The notes below the pieces were generated by a model. It was not told the origin of the DNA. It saw only the letters and a list, made by a program, of their open reading frames with translations, and made no database searches. Shown here one piece after another: positions 48,344 through 56,860 of a stretch of DNA of 64,000 nucleotides. The DNA is from a virus: positions 7,220 through 71,219 of the IMG/VR virus record IMGVR_UViG_3300010399_000039. One strand, given 5' to 3'. The position numbers were made by a program, and so were the translations under genes. The first letter of the stretch is position 1. The number at the start of each line of letters is the position of its first letter.

Positions 48344-48910
48344 ATGAAAACAAAACTTGGATTGTCGTTACTGGTCATTCTCGCATGCTTAGTCGCCGCG
48401 CCCGCGCAGCGCCATCATCTCGCGAAGACCGGCAATTCAACGGAGATGCAGAACCGAATCGCGAAAGCAGCCAAGGGGCTGAGTTGGGAAAGCGAGGGTT
48501 CTGACAACCTGCGCATTTTCTTCTTACAGGCTGCTCCGATACATCCTGCTCATCCTGACGGAACATTCGACGCTGAACTCGTTCGAGACATCGAGGATCA
48601 GCTAAGAGACTGGGCAAAGAAGCTGCCCGGAACCTATAAGCCGGTTGGTTACAAAACCATCGAGACTGAGACGATAGAAGACCTGCTTGATAATTTGTTG
48701 AACCCGGAACCCGGATCGAACGGTGAAGTGGATAAAGACGAAGCCTTCGCGTCAGCAAAGTGGGCAGTGCTGAAAGACGTTGTGAATGAGTTGGTGGACA
48801 CGCAGGTCTACTGGCTCGGGAGCGAAGAAAATTATCAGCTTATCGTGGTCTGTGGAGTGGATAAGCAAGGAAGCCTCGTTGGGTTCTGGATGAGACATTG
48901 GAGTTCATAA
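48344..48910 (+). CDS. NuiA-like nuclease inhibitor with signal peptide
   Basis: AAKGLSWESE and AKWAVLKDVV.ELVDTQVYWLG...IVVCGVDKQGSLVG match the NuiA pattern as recalled (ASDGLLFMSESE; AKFQKLLEVIKSNLKNPQVYRLG...VIGETPAGNLAG). Confidence 0.72.
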   Translation: MKTKLGLSLLVILACLVAAPAQRHHLAKTGNSTEMQNRIAKAAKGLSWESEGSDNLRIFFLQAAPIHPAHPDGTFDAELVRDIEDQLRDWAKKLPGTYKPVGYKTIETETIEDLLDNLLNPEPGSNGEVDKDEAFASAKWAVLKDVVNELVDTQVYWLGSEENYQLIVVCGVDKQGSLVGFWMRHWSS

Positions 48911-48911
48911 A

Positions 48912-49181
48912 ATGAAGCCAGAAATCTCTAGCGGTGTCGGTGCTGTCCTCTCAAACGATGACCCGAGGATGATCGAGTGGGAACAATTCAAAGCGCGCGG
49001 CGAATACGCGAACGCTGTGAACTGGGCCACCTACCCTTCTGTGAGCGTAGAGATGTCAGAGGATGGTAAGGGCGAAGTCGGAATCACGCTGCACTACGAT
49101 CATATCGAGGGCTCGATGTGGGCTGCGTTCTGTGCTGGATTCAATGCCGCAATAGCACAAGAAAACCGAAAGGCGGAATAG
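48912..49181 (+). CDS. hypothetical protein
   Basis: DPRMIEWEQFK...EGSMWAAF.AGFNA. Confidence 0.55.
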   Translation: MKPEISSGVGAVLSNDDPRMIEWEQFKARGEYANAVNWATYPSVSVEMSEDGKGEVGITLHYDHIEGSMWAAFCAGFNAAIAQENRKAE

Positions 49182-49384
49182 TTCATGCGCGCCAGCGACG
49201 CTCAATCGCCAAACTCCACGTTAATCCTTCGCGCCTACAACGGTCGTATTACCGGCGCTGCTCCCGGCGAGCCCGAGCGTGATCTCGTAGACGGTGAGGT
49301 TGAACCTGCACAGCAGCTTTTGTCTGTCTTTGCGGGTGAACAGACAATGAGACAAAACCGGACAGAATCAAAAAAGGAGACTCA

Positions 49385-49843
49385 ATGAGAATCAGACCAC
49401 TAATCTTAACCATCCTTGCTTTCTCGCTGACAGCCTGCGTGAAGCAGACCGCCGATCAGCCACCGGGAACGGCGATCATCACCAACTTGAAGTCAGCGCT
49501 TCACGTCGCGCAGGTAGCAACTGCCAGCGCCAAGGATGCGCTACCGGCGTTGATGCCGAATGCGGACGCGGAAGACATCGCCACAGCAAACGCGATTCTT
49601 AAAGACGTAGATACCGCGCTTGGCGTGCTGAATACGAAGATCGCGCCCTACTCATCCTTTGACACCAGCAATCAGGCGCAAATCAAGCAGGCCGTCGTGG
49701 ACACGCTGGATACGCTCAAGGCTTTGCAGTCCGCGCAGGTGACGCATATCAAGAACGCGAAGTTGCGGGATCGGGTGAATCTTGGGTTGAATCTGGCGAG
49801 CGGGGCACTGTCGCTGTGGAACCCGCCAGCTCCGAGTGCGTGA
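49385..49843 (+). CDS. lipoprotein
   Basis: MRIRPLILTILAFSLTAC lipobox; AAGGAG RBS. Confidence 0.75.
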   Translation: MRIRPLILTILAFSLTACVKQTADQPPGTAIITNLKSALHVAQVATASAKDALPALMPNADAEDIATANAILKDVDTALGVLNTKIAPYSSFDTSNQAQIKQAVVDTLDTLKALQSAQVTHIKNAKLRDRVNLGLNLASGALSLWNPPAPSA

Positions 49844-50114
49844 TGGGCCGAAAGATGACCACAAAAGAGATTTGGGAGCTACCAAAAAAGAACGGCGGCT
49901 GGATGCCTTTATCGAGCGATACCTCGACCTCGATGAAACGACGGGCAATAGGACGCTTGCAGAAAGACATGAAATGCAGGAGATCGCAGAGGCGATACTT
50001 CCAACGCTGATCCGATATCGACAAGAAGTAAGAAGTAGAATCTGCTCTGGTTTGAGACACGATGAGTGCGTAAGATGCCAGCCATCGACTTCCCCTATCT
50101 CGGCGATCCCGTAA
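49836..50114 (+). CDS. hypothetical protein
   Basis: GTG start overlapping the lipoprotein stop. Confidence 0.4.
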   Translation: MRDGPKDDHKRDLGATKKERRLDAFIERYLDLDETTGNRTLAERHEMQEIAEAILPTLIRYRQEVRSRICSGLRHDECVRCQPSTSPISAIP

Positions 50115-50166
50115 CCGTGCCCGACAAGCGAAGCCCTGTCCACAACATTCCCTACAACTCGAACGG

Positions 50167-50646
50167 CTACGACGAACCAATCAGCGCGAGGCGCAATCGT
50201 TCCTCAATTTCAATCGGCAACGCCCATAATCCGAATCCATTAGGACCGTCAGCGCCCAGCAGTGCTGCTTGTACGTCTTTCATTAGCCCGACCAACACCG
50301 CCCGCTCCCTGCTCTGTGATTCGAGGGCGGCGAGCAGCTTACGATACTCTGCCTCCATTTCAGCATGGGTATCATGCGACGGATAGCCACGATAGAAGTG
50401 GTCCAGTGCCCACCATATCCTCTCAACTGCGCGCTTTGCATCAATCAACCCCGCTACGTCATCGGGCAGAGGCGGGGTAGCTCGGCGGTTCCAAGATGCC
50501 AGCGCTACGTGATAATAGCTGGACGGACAACCCGACGTTAGACACATCACCGCTGTATACGGTTCCGATTCCACACGGCCAACGTACTTTGTATCTACGT
50601 CCGGTTTGCTGCCACAGAACGGACAGTTCAATACTTGCTCGCTCAT
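50167..50646 (-). CDS. Lar-family (restriction alleviation) Zn-finger protein
   Basis: LNCPFCGS.P...C...GC...A..SWNRRA; GGAGG RBS. Confidence 0.7.
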   Translation of the reverse strand: MSEQVLNCPFCGSKPDVDTKYVGRVESEPYTAVMCLTSGCPSSYYHVALASWNRRATPPLPDDVAGLIDAKRAVERIWWALDHFYRGYPSHDTHAEMEAEYRKLLAALESQSRERAVLVGLMKDVQAALLGADGPNGFGLWALPIEIEERLRLALIGSS

Positions 50647-50861
50647 TTCATCCTCCAAACCAGTCTCGCGACATCAGTAGTCCCATAATGACCCCCATGA
50701 CTAGGCTCGCGATGCACGCAATCAAAATCACCATAACGACCACCTGATCTGGCGTCATTGTTGGGATGTTCTTTTCGTGAATTATCGCACGCAAGATGAA
50801 GCCGACAAGCAAGGCCGACCAAAATGAATAGAACCGGAAGCCCAGGTAATAGCTTGCTCAT
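50643..50861 (-). CDS. hypothetical protein with hydrophobic N-terminus
   Basis: GGAGG RBS; overlaps the Lar-like start. Confidence 0.45.
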   Translation of the reverse strand: MSKLLPGLPVLFILVGLACRLHLACDNSRKEHPNNDARSGGRYGDFDCVHREPSHGGHYGTTDVARLVWRMK

Positions 50862-50880
50862 CTCAAATCCTCCAAAATCA

Positions 50881-51117
50881 TTAACCGCCTAGTGTGGGCA
50901 ATGGCTTACCTTCTTTCAATGCCACACAGGAAACCGACACAAAGGCCGTAGCGATATATTCGACGGTCGGCTGTTTATCGATCTCCTGTCCGGCCCGGTA
51001 ATGCTTCCAAATCAAATCTTGAACCGCCTTCGGCACCATTCGCCAATGCGCTAAACACATATGCATCTTAGGAGGCACTAGGACATCGCACTCAACGGCA
51101 TGGCATCTATGTTCCAT
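50881..51117 (-). CDS. small Zn-binding phage protein
   Basis: HRCHA..C...VPPKMHMC..HWRMVP...Q..IW..YR.GQ; GGAGG RBS. Confidence 0.7.
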   Translation of the reverse strand: MEHRCHAVECDVLVPPKMHMCLAHWRMVPKAVQDLIWKHYRAGQEIDKQPTVEYIATAFVSVSCVALKEGKPLPTLGG

Positions 51118-51174
51118 CTCAAATCCTCCAATCATCCCGGTCAATTCGGTTGGCTTGAATTGCGCGGGGAATCT

Positions 51175-51336
51175 TCACCGAAACATCTTCGGGTTGTTCC
51201 TTACAAACTCCCTCATCGCACGCCGGACTAATTGGCTGAGCGATCCCTTTTCGATTTTCGCGGCGGCACGCTCGAATCGCTGCTTGTCGGCCTTTTCAAG
51301 AAGCACCTGTGAGCGGACTAGCTGTTGTTTTTGCAT
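51175..51336 (-). CDS. ribbon-helix-helix (CopG-like) regulator
   Basis: VRSQVLL..ADKQRFERAA......SLSQLVRRAMREF. Confidence 0.7.
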   Translation of the reverse strand: MQKQQLVRSQVLLEKADKQRFERAAAKIEKGSLSQLVRRAMREFVRNNPKMFR

Positions 51337-52028
51337 TCGATCCTCTTGAAGGTTATTACCCAGACCCACGGGTTCTTTTCCCATCCGTAGCCGCGCTTCG
51401 CATTCAACCCGTCCCATCCGAGCCGAAACTTGCGGACCGGATCGAAAGAGAGGCTTTCCTTGCTACTGTAAAATTCGCGCATCTGCCCGTCCCATCCGCC
51501 GCGCAGACCGAGGGACTCCATCCCTTCCGCTTTTGCGTCTTCTTCGCTGATATCCCGAAGCCGCTCAACGCGAATGTCGGTTGTCTCAAGCGTGATACGC
51601 GAGGCCCATCGGGGCATATGGATTGAAGGACGCCAGCGATTGAGTTTATCTTCTTCATTGGCCTGCAAGAAGTCACGCCAGCGTGCGTCTGGGTCCTGAA
51701 ACTCTTGAAACGTTCGCTGTGCGAGGTCGGCTCGGTACTGGAACCCGCCTTCTGGTCCGGCACCGTTTCTAGTGCGCCCGAACCACTGCCAGCCTTCACG
51801 CACCCATAGACGGTCGCCGGGCATGCCGAACCGAGACTGCGTGGCTCGCTTCGATACCCACCCTTTGTGAGTCGCGGCGTGGATGTAGTTCTTGTCGCCA
51901 GGAAGTAAGAGCTTTGCTACCCGGCGTGTCTGAGTCTTGCGCCCTTCAAGAATCGTGTTGATCATGGGACCGCTGAATAAAATTGGGAACTATATAGATG
52001 ACTCCATGTACTCATAAGAATCACCAGG

Positions 52029-52169
52029 TTAGCGCTTCGCCTTCCGTGTCTTCTTTTTCGGCCTGGCGCGTGACTTCCGCTTGCGCGGTTCTTTCTCTTT
52101 CTCGACCGGGCGATAGGCCAGAACCACGTCAACAACCCGGTCTAGAATCTCAGGAGTCTGGCCGCTCAT
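52029..52169 (-). CDS. small basic IS-associated ORF
   Basis: MSGQTPEILDRVVDVVLAYRP + K/R-rich tail; ATGA coupling with the transposase. Confidence 0.6.
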   Translation of the reverse strand: MSGQTPEILDRVVDVVLAYRPVEKEKEPRKRKSRARPKKKTRKAKR

Positions 52170-53095
52170 TTGGTCAGCTCCTTGAACGTCAGGCGCTTGC
52201 CCGCCGTGCCAGCGATAAAGCTATCGAGCCGCTTCAAGCTGTGAATCTTCACGTTCCCTTCGTTCAGGCGAAACGTGAACTCATCGACGTAGCGGTGCAG
52301 GTGCTTTTTGCTTGTCGAGTGATAGACACCGTGTATGCCGCGCTTCATCACAGCCCACACGCTCTCTATGCTGTTCGTGTTGACCGGGCCGCGCCCGAAG
52401 ACACCCGCGCTATGGTTGACGGTGCGATGCTTGAACAGGAGCCCGTCAAGGCCGCTATAGCTTCCGTGCTCATCGGTGTAGATCGTGGAGCCAACTTCGA
52501 TGTTATCGAAGATCGCTTGTTGAACGGTGCCAAGATCGTTGCCCTCAATCGTGAACGCTTTTGTGTTGCCGCCCCGCTCGCGCATCCCAAGAACGGAGAT
52601 TTTCCCAACGGAGCCCCGGCCTTGTTTCAGCTTCTTATTGTCGTGCTTGTTGATTTCCTTTCCGCCTACGAAAGTTTCGTCTATCTCAACCGTGCCGCGA
52701 AGCATTTCAAGATTGCCGCCACACGCCTCGCGCAATCTGTGCAGGAGAAACCACGCCGTCTTTTGTGTGACTCCGATTTCTTTTGCAAGCTGCATCGACG
52801 CAAACCCCTTGCGAGCGGTCACAAGCAAATACATTGCATAGAGCCATTTGTGGAGTGGGATTTTCGAGCGCTCCATAACGGTGCCAGTGCGGACGGTGAA
52901 ATCAAGCTGACAGGGATAACAGCGGTAGAAACCGGTCTTGCCCTTGCCCTTGAGCGCTGCGATGTTCTCCCGGCTCTTGCACGTCGGACACGTCACGCCG
53001 TTAGGCCAGAGCCGCGACTCAAGATAGATTCGAGCGGCTTCCTGATTCGGAAACATCTCGAAGAGTTGAAAGGTGCTGATAGTCGATCTACTCAT
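52166..53095 (-). CDS. IS1595 transposase
   Basis: RWPNGVTCPTC Zn ribbon, VEIDETFVGG, YTDEH, HRTVNHS, TNSIES.W..KRG..G.YH, YVDEF.FR.N. Confidence 0.95.
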   Translation of the reverse strand: MSRSTISTFQLFEMFPNQEAARIYLESRLWPNGVTCPTCKSRENIAALKGKGKTGFYRCYPCQLDFTVRTGTVMERSKIPLHKWLYAMYLLVTARKGFASMQLAKEIGVTQKTAWFLLHRLREACGGNLEMLRGTVEIDETFVGGKEINKHDNKKLKQGRGSVGKISVLGMRERGGNTKAFTIEGNDLGTVQQAIFDNIEVGSTIYTDEHGSYSGLDGLLFKHRTVNHSAGVFGRGPVNTNSIESVWAVMKRGIHGVYHSTSKKHLHRYVDEFTFRLNEGNVKIHSLKRLDSFIAGTAGKRLTFKELTK

Positions 53096-53179
53096 AAATC
53101 CTCTCGAAGCGGGCGGCCCGCCACGATTGCCCCTTGCGGAGATACGAATCACCGCGAGGAACCGCAGCGGGCCATAATC

Positions 53180-53875
53180 CTATCTGGGAAAGCCAACGAT
53201 CTGACGGATAGGCTCTACGGTGTCTTGCAGTTCCGCAGCCCACGCTTTTGCCTGCCCCGAAGGTTGCGGCGTCTGCGTATTGTGCATCTGGTTAGCGAGC
53301 CTACCAAGGCGCTTGATCGCTTCGCGGCTTGGTTCCAGTATTTCGGATATGCGAGTCACGGCCTGTTCCGCCGTTATAGCTTTACCTCGATAGGCTTCCA
53401 AGCAGCCGTAAACCGACGTGTACCATTCAGGGTCAACGGAACTGACTGCGTTAGCTGGCCCGTTCAAGCCGTCAACGATCTCGGGATACGTGCGCTCGTA
53501 ATGCTCCTTCGCGGCCTTGAGCGAAAAGGTGCTCAGCCACGAAGGTCCGAAGGAGTTTCTGACTTGCTGGAGAAGGTTGGCTTTTTGGGTGCCGGAATAT
53601 CGAGGATAGCGCCCTGTTTGCCAACAGTCGCGAAGAGCGGATTTCCATGTCCGGCCATTTGCGTCTGCAAATTCAATAAGGGCTTCGATCTGGGAGTCGT
53701 TTGGCTGGCTCGGTTCTACGGAAAGCGCGAGGCGCTCTACAACCGCGCTCTCCGCGTCTGTTACCAAGTTAGTGATCGGTTCTTGCTTCGCGAAACAATC
53801 GACGCAGATGTCGCCGACGAAGTTCGATTTCTCTTGTCCGCAGTCAGTGCAGCGATTGAATACCCGTATGCTCAT
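53180..53875 (-). CDS. IS passenger protein (Zn finger + GRTWKS...LQQVRNSFGPSWL domain)
   Basis: AAGGAG RBS with ATG at 53875; CTDC..CVDC. Confidence 0.65.
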   Translation of the reverse strand: MSIRVFNRCTDCGQEKSNFVGDICVDCFAKQEPITNLVTDAESAVVERLALSVEPSQPNDSQIEALIEFADANGRTWKSALRDCWQTGRYPRYSGTQKANLLQQVRNSFGPSWLSTFSLKAAKEHYERTYPEIVDGLNGPANAVSSVDPEWYTSVYGCLEAYRGKAITAEQAVTRISEILEPSREAIKRLGRLANQMHNTQTPQPSGQAKAWAAELQDTVEPIRQIVGFPR

Positions 53876-53950
53876 TTCGTATCTCCTTGGTTCGGAAGTT
53901 GCCCCAGCGGTTCGCCGCTGATTCGCTCGGTCTGTATCGACCGTGATAAG

Positions 53951-53979
53951 AATATACGCGCATTCGGGGATGGAGTCAA
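53951..53979 (-). promoter_or_regulatory. IS-internal promoter
   Basis: TTGACT-17nt-TATATT; its -35 lies in a second internal copy of the TIR core (TACTTGACTCCAT). Confidence 0.7.
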
Positions 53980-54101
53980 GTACATAATGCGGATTCCTCA
54001 AACTATTTTTCAGGGAGCTACATGGAGTCAAGTATATATAGTTCCCATAAAATTGGGTGTTCTGCGATTGCTTTTACTGTCTTTGCGCTCATCATGCAGC
54101 G

Positions 54102-54130
54102 AGTATACACAACGCATACACACGTGTCAA
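54102..54130 (-). promoter_or_regulatory. leftward early promoter (probably leaderless mRNA)
   Basis: TTGACA-17nt-TATACT; ATG at 54095 lies at the expected transcription start. Confidence 0.78.
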
Positions 54131-54383
54131 TAGGCGCACAAGAAAAGTTCGCCGATTCACAAGCGGGAGTTCTCTAGCGGCGGCGTTTCTGAGGATACAA
54201 AATCTCCGCAATCTTCCTCGTTGCTTCGGATTGCATGGTGGGTGTGACGTGGGAATAAGTGTCAAGGGTGAGGCCGACTCCTGAATGTCCCAATCGCTCG
54301 CTCACGATCTTCGGGCTCTCGCGAAGTGAAGTTAGAGATCAACTAAAATCGACATACCACGATCCGCGAGATTGTAGAAAATT

Positions 54384-54430
54384 AGAGCCGCCAACGCCCA
54401 GACTCGACACCTGCGAATGTTGGCGGCTTT
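54384..54430. repeat. inverted repeat in control region
   Basis: AGAGCCGCCAAC ... GTTGGCGGCTTT. Confidence 0.6.
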
Positions 54431-54507
54431 GATTTTCCCCAGCGAAGAAAATTCGTCGGCCAGTCAACGACTTAGCCCGTGTGCCCGATATAGCAAGCAA
54501 AAATAGG

Positions 54508-54536
54508 TTGACTCCCGTTGTAATTCGTGTTCTAAT
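54508..54536 (+). promoter_or_regulatory. rightward promoter (near-leaderless HTH mRNA)
   Basis: TTGACT-17nt-TCTAAT, 8 nt before ATG 54545; no SD sequence. Confidence 0.65.
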
Positions 54537-54544
54537 CCCCGGCG

Positions 54545-54778
54545 ATGGCTAACCACAGCAAGCAACCGAATCGCAAACTTGTTAGCTTTATCCGAGCGGA
54601 GATGAAGCGGCGCGGGCTCACCTTACGGGCCGTAGAGACGGCAAGCGATGGCGGTATCTCAAACGCCTACCTTTCGCAATTGTTGACCGGTAAGAAAGAC
54701 AAACTTGGCATTGAGAAACTGCGGGCAATCGCAAAGGGGCTTGGGGTAGAGCTATCGGAACTGACGGAGAGACTATAA
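54545..54778 (+). CDS. XRE/Cro-like HTH regulator
   Basis: RGLTLRAVE....GISNAYLSQLLTGK...LRAIAKGLGV..SEL. Confidence 0.9.
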   Translation: MANHSKQPNRKLVSFIRAEMKRRGLTLRAVETASDGGISNAYLSQLLTGKKDKLGIEKLRAIAKGLGVELSELTERL

Positions 54779-54847
54779 GGTTTATGCCGCGTCGCCCACG
54801 GGTAACGGGCGGGCCGTGGGAGCCACGGGGAACGGGGGGAATACGAG

Positions 54848-55087
54848 ATGAAGGGCACTGCCGATGAAGACTACGCAGTCATCAGGGTTCAAAAGGACTT
54901 GATTCCTCGCGGCGGAAAGCTAGTTGAGGCTTACGAGACCGAGAGAGAAATTATCGTAATTGGCGAGCCGGAGCACGAACCCGACGAGCATGACGATTCT
55001 TGGTATGACACCGCACACAATTGCGATGCGATGGGTTGTGGCACCCTGAGCCACGTTCTGTATCGATTCGGCAAAAACCAAAAATGA
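54848..55087 (+). CDS. hypothetical protein
   Basis: HNCDAMGC....HVLYRF. Confidence 0.6.
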   Translation: MKGTADEDYAVIRVQKDLIPRGGKLVEAYETEREIIVIGEPEHEPDEHDDSWYDTAHNCDAMGCGTLSHVLYRFGKNQK

Positions 55088-55182
55088 ACCAACGACTCAA
55101 AACGATTCTCTCGGTAATCCTGACCATAGTGCTTGCGCTGTGTCTCACGAAGATCATCGAGGCGGCGCTGGAGGGCAAATAG
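55084..55182 (+). CDS. 32-aa single-TM peptide
   Basis: MNQRLKTILSVILTIVLALCLTKIIEAALEGK; ATGA coupling. Confidence 0.45.
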   Translation: MNQRLKTILSVILTIVLALCLTKIIEAALEGK

Positions 55183-55184
55183 AA

Positions 55185-55451
55185 ATGCCACTTTTAGTCG
55201 ATTTACCGGGCACGTCCGGCGACAAAGAGGCCGACCTCTTCTATAGCGCCACTGCTGCCGTGAACTCATTGCGGGCCGGTCGTGCTGCGACCGCAGCGGG
55301 CGACAACGGCGCGATCAACGTGTGGAAGGATGACGCCGGAAACTATCGCGTTGAGTTGATGCGTTACCGCAGCACGGTAATGTCGGCCTCTTTATCTACG
55401 TTGCGGGCCGTGCGTGCTCACGTAAAGGAATATCTTGCGCTGATTCAGTAA
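55185..55451 (+). CDS. hypothetical protein
   Basis: GGAGG RBS with ATG at 55185. Confidence 0.55.
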   Translation: MPLLVDLPGTSGDKEADLFYSATAAVNSLRAGRAATAAGDNGAINVWKDDAGNYRVELMRYRSTVMSASLSTLRAVRAHVKEYLALIQ

Positions 55452-55459
55452 GGAATCAA

Positions 55460-55837
55460 ATGAAAACCAAACTTCAAAAGCTCAACGAGCAAATCGACAA
55501 CATCGAAGCCGCGATCAAGGTCACAATCGGGTCTCGCCGCGCCAAGCTGCAAGCGCAGAGAACGATGCTTATCGAGAAGCGGCGAAAGCTCTTGCTCAAG
55601 AAACCCGCAGTCGAGACGCACGACAAGGCGCTGCTAATCATCGCCCTGATGATCATGGGATTCGCCGGTTACATCTTTTGGGCGACGGGGACGGATCGCT
55701 GTCAATCAACGCAGACGTGGACGGGGTTGCCGTGTCCAAGAGCGGCGAGGCCGGATCGGTTTTGTTCCACTCATGAACCTCTTGAAAAGCTTCGGATTGG
55801 AAAACTGCAACGGGAATTGATTGAGAGGTCAAAGTGA
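55460..55837 (+). CDS. coiled-coil/TM protein with C...T..G..C...C..H motif
   Basis: AAGGA RBS; CQSTQTWTGLPC...FCSTH. Confidence 0.55.
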   Translation: MKTKLQKLNEQIDNIEAAIKVTIGSRRAKLQAQRTMLIEKRRKLLLKKPAVETHDKALLIIALMIMGFAGYIFWATGTDRCQSTQTWTGLPCPRAARPDRFCSTHEPLEKLRIGKLQRELIERSK

Positions 55838-56109
55838 TGGCAACCGAAGAGGTTCGAAGAAACATATTGAAGTCGATTCTTGAGGTCGCAGAAATCGCGC
55901 TCGAAGCCAAGGAGCCGGATCTTGCAGCCGTCCTGGTTCAAGTGATCGCGATCGCGGAGTATCGCCGGGAGATGTTGGGAATGGCGGCTCTTAACGATGC
56001 GGTAATCCTCGCGCGCAAGATTGGGTTTCCCGGCCCTCGTGAGGCAATTATTGCCGAGGCTGATGCGCTGCTTGAGCGGATCAAAACAGAGTGGGGTAAC
56101 AAGGTATGA
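55834..56109 (+). CDS. hypothetical protein
   Basis: Translationally coupled ORF. Confidence 0.5.
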   Translation: MMATEEVRRNILKSILEVAEIALEAKEPDLAAVLVQVIAIAEYRREMLGMAALNDAVILARKIGFPGPREAIIAEADALLERIKTEWGNKV

Positions 56110-56459
56110 CAGCCGGTCCAAACGTCGCACCACAACCAATCTGCGGCCCCTGCTCACGTGATCGAGCCGATGCGGTACGTCACGCGAACCCCTGCGAGGA
56201 GTCGGTCTACGAGATACGGCTTCGTCGCGTACAGACGGGCCTCGCGAATCTGCAAGAAGATTTGCGGGCTTGCATCACAGAGGCCAGGGCAACGAATCGA
56301 GTAAACGCTGCGCAGCTACTGGCGGAAGTGCTTGCGAATATCGAACAGGAAGCGCGAGCGGTACTTCTCATTGGGGACGGTTTCTCCTTGGCGGCTAGAG
56401 AGGGGGCGGAAGAGGACGCCGTTTCCTCTCATTTTTTAGAACAGGAGGTCGGTTTATGA
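56106..56459 (+). CDS. hypothetical protein
   Basis: Translationally coupled ORF. Confidence 0.5.
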   Translation: MTAGPNVAPQPICGPCSRDRADAVRHANPCEESVYEIRLRRVQTGLANLQEDLRACITEARATNRVNAAQLLAEVLANIEQEARAVLLIGDGFSLAAREGAEEDAVSSHFLEQEVGL

Positions 56460-56650
56460 AGCTATCAGAGTTGCGCTGTTGTCATCCAGACTGCGATAAG
56501 GTTCCTGCTTGGGTGATTACCGAGCAAGGCGCTTCCGTCGCGGACTCAACGCAAGGATGCACGGATCATGTTGGCTATCTGCTACCCGGCGATTTCAACG
56601 ACGTGGCTACAATTGGGAGCATTCTTACTACTGAAGAAATGGCAGGGTAG
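56456..56650 (+). CDS. small Cys/His protein
   Basis: AGGAGG RBS; CCHPDC...CTDH. Confidence 0.55.
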   Translation: MKLSELRCCHPDCDKVPAWVITEQGASVADSTQGCTDHVGYLLPGDFNDVATIGSILTTEEMAG

Positions 56651-56656
56651 ATCGCT

Positions 56657-56860
56657 TTGCCACCTTTAGACCTTTTCACCCACCAACTCCCCTCGATGCC
56701 GCTCCCGCGCATTGAGAAGGTGCTGGAAAGCCTCAAGGGTTCGGTTGGAGGTGGGATGAAGGGGGTCGTGGAAGGCTTGGTGGCGTTGGATTTTCGAGCG
56801 GCGATACAGAGGGAACTTAGGAGACGAAATGGCGGAACCGATCAGAGTGCTGGCGATTGA
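56657..56860 (+). CDS. hypothetical protein
   Basis: TTG start; fills the gap between neighbours. Confidence 0.35.
   Translation: MPPLDLFTHQLPSMPLPRIEKVLESLKGSVGGGMKGVVEGLVALDFRAAIQRELRRRNGGTDQSAGD

Larger units (their letters stand above)
51985..54046 (-). mobile_element. IS1595-family element (2062 bp) with passenger genes
   Basis: TIRs GGGAACTATATAGATGACTCCATGTA and (reverse complement) GGGAACTATATATACTTGACTCCATGTA; 8-bp TSD ATAAAATT at 51977-51984 and 54047-54054. Confidence 0.95.
51318..54095 (-). pseudogene. ASCH-like phage gene interrupted by IS1595 after codon 16
   Basis: Removing 51985-54054 restores MMSAKTVKAIAEHPILFSGPMINTILEGRKTQTRR...GDRLWVRE...WRPSIHMPRWASRITLE...NPWVWVITF; in-frame ATG remains at 51965. 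Confidence 0.85.

Noticed and set aside
49182-49384. 67-aa ORF or ncRNA before the lipoprotein gene
   Set aside because: No RBS or motif for the ORF and only a weak TTTTGTC/GACAAAA hairpin; neither call is supported.
51998-54133. 711-aa + strand ORF spanning the IS
   Set aside because: It is the antisense shadow of the transposase and passenger genes, crosses the IS boundary and has no recognisable motifs.
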